Part shown: positions 58,373 through 64,000 of the stretch, piece by piece
Layout: every line of letters starts with the position of its first letter
How positions within the stretch are numbered: the stretch's first letter is position 1
From: an uncultured cyanobacterium
GTDB lineage: Bacteria > Cyanobacteriota > Cyanobacteriia > PCC-9006 > JAAUQQ01
Reading direction: 5' to 3'
Assembly: GCA_963718615.1 (NCBI GenBank)
Contig: OY970368.1
Location: forward strand, 96,001-160,000
Length of the DNA: 64,000 bases
Notes under the pieces: generated by a model
What the model was told of the DNA's origin: nothing
Seen by the model: the letters and a program-made list of their open reading frames with translations, nothing else
Database searches by the model: none
Position numbers and translations under genes: made by a program

Positions 58373-59710
58373 ATGATTATTGTCGATCAAGCTCTCAAAG
58401 CCCGTGCCGAAGCCGGAAACCCCGTTCGCGTGGCCATGATTGGGGCCGGTTTTATGGGACGGGGCGTCGCGAATCAAATTATTAATTCTGTGCCAGGCAT
58501 GGAATTGGTCGCCGTTTCCAATCGCAATTTGGCGGGGGCGGAGCGGGCCTATCGGGAAGCCGGTCGGGAAGATTTCATCGAAGTTAACGATGTTTCCGCT
58601 TTAGAGGCCGCAATTCAAAAGGGTCAACCGGCGGTAACGGAAGATGCCATGTTGCTCTGTCGGGCCGAGGGCATTGATGCGGTGATCGATGTGACAGGTG
58701 CGATCGAATTTGGCACCCATGTGGTGATGGAGGCGATCGCCAACCAAAAACACATCGTTTCCATGAACGCCGAGCTCGACGGTACCATTGGTCCCATCCT
58801 CAAAACCTACGCCGATAAGGCAGGCATTATCCTCACGGGCTGCGATGGCGACCAGCCAGGAGTTCAAGCCAATCTCTATCGCTTTGTGAAAAGCATTGGT
58901 CTAACGCCTCTGGTTTGCGGCAATATCAAGGGCCTTCAGGATCCCTACCGCAACCCCACGACCCAGGAAGGCTTTGCCAAGCAGTGGGGCCAAAATCCTT
59001 ACATGGTGACCAGTTTTGCGGATGGTACAAAGATTTCCTTTGAGCAAGCGATCGTCGCCAACATGACCGGCATGACTGTGGCCAAGCGGGGCATGCTGGG
59101 CTACGACTTCCGGCTCCATGCTGATGAACTGGTACAGCAGTTTGGTCTGGACAACTACACCGGCCACATCGACGATGTCACGAAAATCTACGACATTGAT
59201 CAGCTCAAGGAGCTGGGCGGCATTGTGGACTACGTGGTCGGTCTCAAGCCTGGTCCTGGGGTTTATGTTTTTGCGACCCACGACGATCCGAAACAGCAGC
59301 ATTATTTGAATTTGTACAAGCTGGGCCAGGGTCCGCTCTACAGCTTCTACACTCCCTACCACCTCTGCCACTTTGAGGTTCCCCTCTCGGCAGCACGGGC
59401 GGTACTTTGCAATGACGTGGTCTTGGCTCCCCAGGGTGCGCCCCTTGTGGATGTGGTGGCGACGGCGAAGACCGATCTGAAGGCAGGCACTACCCTGGAC
59501 GAATTGGGCGGCTACAACACCTATGGTCAGTGCGAAACTGCTGAGATTACCCTGCGCGATCGCCTCCTTCCCATTGGCCTAGCCGAAGGCTGTCGCCTCA
59601 AGCGCGATCTGCCCAAGGACGCGGTCCTCACCTACGACGATGTCGAATTCCCCGAAGGACGGCTGTGCGATAAACTGCGGGCAGAGCAAGACAGCCACTT
59701 TTTCGGTTAA
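58373..59710 (+). CDS. NAD(P)-dependent oxidoreductase with C-terminal SAF domain (homoserine-dehydrogenase-like)
   Basis: GAGFMG Rossmann motif, GDQPG, SFADGTK, SAF-like ATAKTDLKAG...LPIGLAEG...LTYDDV. Confidence 0.85.
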   Translation: MIIVDQALKARAEAGNPVRVAMIGAGFMGRGVANQIINSVPGMELVAVSNRNLAGAERAYREAGREDFIEVNDVSALEAAIQKGQPAVTEDAMLLCRAEGIDAVIDVTGAIEFGTHVVMEAIANQKHIVSMNAELDGTIGPILKTYADKAGIILTGCDGDQPGVQANLYRFVKSIGLTPLVCGNIKGLQDPYRNPTTQEGFAKQWGQNPYMVTSFADGTKISFEQAIVANMTGMTVAKRGMLGYDFRLHADELVQQFGLDNYTGHIDDVTKIYDIDQLKELGGIVDYVVGLKPGPGVYVFATHDDPKQQHYLNLYKLGQGPLYSFYTPYHLCHFEVPLSAARAVLCNDVVLAPQGAPLVDVVATAKTDLKAGTTLDELGGYNTYGQCETAEITLRDRLLPIGLAEGCRLKRDLPKDAVLTYDDVEFPEGRLCDKLRAEQDSHFFG

Positions 59711-59725
59711 GACCAGACCTCAGCC

Positions 59726-60583
59726 ATGACAACCGTTTTTGCATCAGACTGGACCACGCTGGATCGCTCTGAATCGGACGTCATTGGCCTGATTCCCGCC
59801 GGGGGCCAAGCCACCCGCTTGGCCCCTTTACCCTTGAGCAAAGAGCTCTATCCCATCGGCTTTCAGGAGCTTCCCGAGAAAGGACTGCGGCCTAAGGTGG
59901 TGGGTCAATATTTACTGGAAAATTTTCGCCAAGCGGGAATCCGCAAGGTGTTTTTTATTTTGAGGCCGGGGAAGTGGGACATTCCGGCTTATTTTGGCTC
60001 GGGCGATCGCCTCAATCTCGACCTAGGCTACCTCGTTGTCGAAAATTCTACGGGCGTCCCCGACACCCTCAACCAAGCCTACGCCTTTGTCAAACAGGCC
60101 CGTGTGGCCCTCGGCTTTCCCGATATTTTGTTTTATCCCTCTACGGTTTTTCAGCTGCTGCTGGACCATCAAGCCCAAACCCAAGCGGCGGTTGTGCTCG
60201 GCCTAGTGCCCTTGAAACCAGGCCAGCGAGCGGGCGTCGTAGATTTTGACGCCTCAGGGCGAGTAACGGCCATTCTTGAAAAACCGGAAAGCACGGATTT
60301 GACCTACGGCTGGGGTGCGGCGGTGTGGTCTCCGATGTTCACAGAATTTCTACACGGGTTCCAGGCTCAGCGACGGAAGACCGAGGCGGGTCCCGAGGTT
60401 CCGATTGGGGATGTGATCCAGGGGGCGATCGCCCAAGGACTCCCGGTTCAGGCCGTAGCTTTTCCAGAGGGACACTTTCTCGACATTGGCATTACCGATA
60501 ATCTCATCAGAGCAGTGCACCAATTTTCTGCGGACCCTTCCTTGTTTGCCGATATCTCCCCCATCACTCCCGATCGCCATTAA
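59726..60583 (+). CDS. Sugar-phosphate nucleotidyltransferase (RmlA-like)
   Basis: IPAGGQATRLAPLPLSKEL, ILEKP, FLDIG. Confidence 0.85.
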   Translation: MTTVFASDWTTLDRSESDVIGLIPAGGQATRLAPLPLSKELYPIGFQELPEKGLRPKVVGQYLLENFRQAGIRKVFFILRPGKWDIPAYFGSGDRLNLDLGYLVVENSTGVPDTLNQAYAFVKQARVALGFPDILFYPSTVFQLLLDHQAQTQAAVVLGLVPLKPGQRAGVVDFDASGRVTAILEKPESTDLTYGWGAAVWSPMFTEFLHGFQAQRRKTEAGPEVPIGDVIQGAIAQGLPVQAVAFPEGHFLDIGITDNLIRAVHQFSADPSLFADISPITPDRH

Positions 60584-60616
60584 AAAGCGCACTGAGTAAA
60601 CACTCAGCACGCTTTC
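60583..60616 (-). terminator. Intrinsic terminator of psb30 (possibly bidirectional)
   Basis: The minus strand reads AAAGCGTGCTGAGT-gttt-ACTCAGTGCGCTTTT, fully paired with two G-U pairs, followed by a U-run. Confidence 0.65.
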
Positions 60617-60660
60617 CAAACGCAATGGAAACGATTTCCTTCATTAAGGGAAAGTGAAAT

Positions 60661-60816
60661 TTACAAGTCGCCGCCCCGGAAGGCCAGAAGAACGACCACG
60701 ACCGGACCGGCCAGCACGATCAGGGCCAGCGAGATGAGCTGAAAAATCACCTCAAAATTAATTCCACCAACGAAACTTGCGAGACCACTAAAAATGCCAG
60801 CGAGTACCAGAGACAT
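60661..60816 (-). CDS. psb30: Photosystem II reaction center protein Psb30 (Ycf12), missed by the ORF track
   Basis: [51 protein letters not shown]; GGAGGAG RBS upstream. Confidence 0.95.
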   Translation of the reverse strand: MSLVLAGIFSGLASFVGGINFEVIFQLISLALIVLAGPVVVVLLAFRGGDL

Positions 60817-60963
60817 ATCTCCTCCCTATAACCCAAGCAACGCAATGAACGATTAAGCCTTAGCAGTATTTGATTTTATCGGTTCGCCGTCCCCTGAATT
60901 TAAGGAAAGTTACAAAACTCCATCAATTTTTGTACGGGATCGAGGAAACCAAGAGGGTTGGCA

Positions 60964-62457
60964 TCAATTCTCTCGCGGCATGATTTGGGAGAGCTGTTCG
61001 AGGTCCAGGACTTCTGCCAGTTGGGTTTCATCCATGAGCCCTTTCTCTAGGACAATCTGGCGAAGGGTCTTACCACTGTCCAGGGATTTTTTGGCCACGG
61101 CGGCGGCGTTGAGGTAGCCAATGTGGGGATTGAGGGCAGTGACGAGGGACAGTGTGCGCTCTGCGTAGCCGAGGCAGCGATCGGCGTTAGCGGTGATGCC
61201 CTGGAGACAGCGTTGGTCGAGGGCACTGAGGGTGTTGCCGAGAATTTCGATGCTGTGGATGAGGTTGTAGGCGATCAGCGGCATCATCACATTGAGTTCC
61301 AACTGACCAGCTTGGGCACAGAGGGCGATCGCGCTGTCATACCCCATTATTTGAAAACACACCATCGAGGTCATCTCCGCCATCACCGGGTTATATTTCC
61401 CCGGCATAATCGACGAACCGGGCTGGACCGGCGGTAATTGGATTTCTTTGAGCCCGGTCATAGGCCCCGAATCCATCAGCCGCAGATCGTGGGAAATCTT
61501 GACCAAATCCTGAGCTAGATTTCGTAATGCACCGGAAACCGCCACAAAGGGAGCCATGCTCTGCATCGCCGCCATGAGGTGAGGCGCAGACTGCAGCGGA
61601 AAGCCCGTGAGCTCGCCTAACACTGCGGCGACGCGGTGGGCATAGCGAGGGTGGGTGTTCATGCCCGTGCCGGAGGCGCTGCCGCCTAGGCCCAATTGCA
61701 TCAGATCCTGGGCCGCAAATTCTAACCGCCGCAAATGGTCTTGCAAAATCTGTGCCCAGGCCCGGAAGCCTTCACCTAAGCGAACAGGGACAGCGTCCTG
61801 CATGTGGGTGCGGGCAGATTTGACAATGGGTTGAAATTCTTCGGCCTTGGCTTCGAGGGTGGCGATCGCCCCCTTCAAACTCGGATACAGCGAATGGGCC
61901 AGCGCCAGCAGCCCCCCAATCCGAATCGCCGTGGGAATGACATCGTTCGTAGATTGACCATAATTGACGTGGTCATTGGGACTGAGCCGCTGATAATTCC
62001 CCTTTTCGTCGCCCAAAATCTCTAGGGCTCGATTGGCCAGAACCTCATTGAGATTCATGTGGTGAGAGGTTCCGGCTCCAGCTTGATAGACATCCACCAC
62101 AAACTGGTCCCGCAGGTTGCCCTGCAAAATCTCGTCCGTGGCCTGGACGATGGCATCGGCCATGTCCTGGGGAATGCAGCCGAGCTCTCCATTCACCATC
62201 GCCGTCGCCTTTTTAATCAGCAAACCCGCATCCACATAGGTCGGCAGGGGTTTGAGGCCACTGATGGGAAAATTTTCCGTGGCCCGTAGGGTTTGGATTC
62301 CGTAGTAGACGTCATGGGGGATGGGGCGATCGCCCATGGAATCTTTTTCGATGCGGCAGTTTGCTAAGGAGTTTTCTGGGGCACTGGATTGCGGGACACT
62401 GGATTGCGGGACACTGGATTGCGGGGCACTAGATTGCGGGGCACTAGATTGAGACAT
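60964..62457 (-). CDS. aspA: Aspartate ammonia-lyase (fumarase/aspartase family)
   Basis: RIEKDSMG, YYGIQTLRA, QAGAGTSHHMN, GSSIMPGKYNP, GQLELNVM. Confidence 0.85.
   Translation of the reverse strand: MSQSSAPQSSAPQSSVPQSSVPQSSAPENSLANCRIEKDSMGDRPIPHDVYYGIQTLRATENFPISGLKPLPTYVDAGLLIKKATAMVNGELGCIPQDMADAIVQATDEILQGNLRDQFVVDVYQAGAGTSHHMNLNEVLANRALEILGDEKGNYQRLSPNDHVNYGQSTNDVIPTAIRIGGLLALAHSLYPSLKGAIATLEAKAEEFQPIVKSARTHMQDAVPVRLGEGFRAWAQILQDHLRRLEFAAQDLMQLGLGGSASGTGMNTHPRYAHRVAAVLGELTGFPLQSAPHLMAAMQSMAPFVAVSGALRNLAQDLVKISHDLRLMDSGPMTGLKEIQLPPVQPGSSIMPGKYNPVMAEMTSMVCFQIMGYDSAIALCAQAGQLELNVMMPLIAYNLIHSIEILGNTLSALDQRCLQGITANADRCLGYAERTLSLVTALNPHIGYLNAAAVAKKSLDSGKTLRQIVLEKGLMDETQLAEVLDLEQLSQIMPREN
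62378..62452 (-). repeat. Five 15-bp in-frame tandem repeats (QSSAP/QSSVP) at the aspA 5' end
   Basis: GGG(G/A)CACT(G/A)GATTG(C/A) x5. Confidence 0.92.
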
Positions 62458-62554
62458 GGTCGATAGCTGGCAGCATTGACAGGCGACTTTCTATTGTGCC
62501 GGACCATCTGTCCTTAGAGCACCCCCTTAGAACATTGCCCTTAAAACATTGTCC

Positions 62555-63275
62555 TTAGGACACCGTTAGCACCTGAAAGCGCTGGAGCAGCATGGCATTA
62601 TCCGGTGTCAGCAGGTTTTGCAGATAGTTGACATCGTCTAGCAAGGTCAGCTCACGGGCACATTCCGATTCTAGAACTCGGATGTAGCGCTGGCGCTCGC
62701 CATCAGACGCAGCAGACTTAAGCAAATGCAACGCCATATTGATATTTGACACCGGTTCCCGCAAATCCTGGGCAATCCGTTGCAACAAATTCGATTTCAG
62801 TATTTCTAGCTGCTGCGTATCCTTAAGACGACGCTGACTTTCCGCAAGCTCCTGTTGCAGCGATTGGGTCAACCCTTGCCGCTGCTCTAGGGCCACAGTC
62901 AAGCTCTCTTGCCGTCGTAGGCGGCCCTGAATCGCGCCTTGCAGGGCTGCCAGGTTCAAAGGGCTTCATCAGATAATCATCCGCCCCCAGGTCCATCCCC
63001 TGGCGCGCTTCCGTCAGGCTAGAGGGCATGGTGAGCAACAACAGCGGCATGAGCAGGGTTTTGGCATCCTGCCGAAGGGCACAAACCAGGGTTGAACAGT
63101 CAATCTCCGGGTTTTGGAGATCGCAAATCACCAAATGAGGCAACGCCGATTGGGCCTTAGCTAAGCCGGTTTGGACATTTTCTGCATAGAGTAACTCCAC
63201 TTCCTCCGGCGCGAGCATCTCTGCGATCGCCCCTTGAAGTGCTTCATCTGCGCCAATTAGCAAAATTTTTTTCAT
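62555..63275 (-). pseudogene. Response regulator (REC + coiled-coil + HisKA-like) split by a frameshift near 62958-62960
   Basis: REC motifs VICDL, LLLT and GADDYLMKPF continue as NLAALQGAIQGRL in the other frame after AAG CCC TTT G AAC. Confidence 0.7.
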
Positions 63276-63496
63276 ATCAATCCGGAACCGCTGCCGGTTC
63301 TCTTCCCCGAGTACAAGATGAATGAGACCACGCTCTCTCCATTGAAACTCGCGGACTCTGACAAATCACACCGAACAAGTCCGGAATCTAGCCCAGGCTT
63401 GGCTTACGAGGATTATCCGAGATCGCTCCACCATCAGCTCCCTTGATTTACGGAGCAACCCTCTGCGTAATACGCAGGGGCACAAATCTAGGATTT

Positions 63497-63552
63497 TTTA
63501 TCCCAAACGCTTTATCCCAAACGCTTTATCCCAAACGCTTTATCCCAAGCCT
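63497..63552. repeat. 14-bp tandem repeat x4
   Basis: TTTATCCCAAACGC x3 plus one imperfect copy, with no spacers. Confidence 0.9.
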
Positions 63553-63558
63553 TTAAAC

Positions 63559-64000
63559 CTAGGCAACTGCGTTGCGGATTTCTTGGGCTGTCAAATAGAG
63601 TTTCCCCCAGGAGCGCATGGCCTGAGTCGTCCGCCAGCCCAGTTCTTTGGCGATCGCCTCCAGCGGTTTTCCCGTTTTCATTCCCGCCAAAAGACTCTGT
63701 TCTTCCTCTTCTAGACGCTGCTCTAGAACCTGCCACTGGTTTTCATTCAGCCCTAAGTTATGCTCTCGCACGGACGTCCCTAGCCAATCCGTCACCAGTT
63801 CCGGTTCCACTTTGAGCGAAAATACCTGAACGGCATGGTAGCTGACCTTTTCCCGCAATCGATAGACCTTTTTGATCGGAATTCCCAGATCGGCGGCGAT
63901 CGCATCCTGGGTATAACCCTGTAAATAGAGCCGCAGCCAATCCACCGCCTGGGGTTCAACGCGATCGCTCAAATAAGCCTCAAACTCATCTTGAACCGCC
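63559..64000 (-). CDS. HetZ-related protein, C-terminal part (5'-truncated by the window edge)
   Basis: DWLRLYLQGYTQDAIA..LG...KKVYRLREKVSYHA and DWLGTS..EHNLGL; two HTH-like segments. Confidence 0.7.
   Translation of the reverse strand, partial: AVQDEFEAYLSDRVEPQAVDWLRLYLQGYTQDAIAADLGIPIKKVYRLREKVSYHAVQVFSLKVEPELVTDWLGTSVREHNLGLNENQWQVLEQRLEEEEQSLLAGMKTGKPLEAIAKELGWRTTQAMRSWGKLYLTAQEIRNAVA

Noticed and set aside
62953-62963. prfB-like programmed frameshift (CTTTGA on the minus strand)
   Set aside because: The hexamer is not in the zero frame (read CCC TTT GAA), so there is no in-frame stop, and no upstream SD-like stimulator was seen.
63497-63552. Direct repeats as a possible CRISPR array
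   Set aside because: 14-bp head-to-tail units with no spacers, and no cas genes in the window.

Overview
Chromosomal window from a cyanobacterium: the HIP1 octamer GCGATCGC is very frequent, and it carries nblB, psb30, NtcA boxes and a HetZ-related gene. Housekeeping genes (glnB, miaB, argD, M16 peptidase, tldD/pmbA, pgsA, pyk, ilvC, aspA) surround two exopolysaccharide loci. (1) About 18.4-30.6 kb (minus strand): a five-gene cellulose-synthase-type operon, porin - TPR - GH8 (bcsZ) - bcsB - bcsA. The BcsC role appears split between a barrel-less TPR protein and an OprB-like porin fused to a long Pro/Tyr/Gln/Met repeat region. (2) About 38.7-60.6 kb: a Wzx/Wzy-type cluster with a HIP1-poor core, plus a divergent CDP-sugar operon containing lhgO and a SAF-domain oxidoreductase. 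Other notable items: a DEDDh exonuclease ending in an SSB-like acidic tail (EDDVVPF), a candidate structured RNA with a boxA-like element upstream of an unannotated 58-aa ORF, a fluoride-riboswitch-like pyk leader, two genes split by single frameshifts, and many short tandem duplications. No rRNA, tRNA, CRISPR array or transposase was seen. All family assignments come from motif recognition by eye, not database searches.
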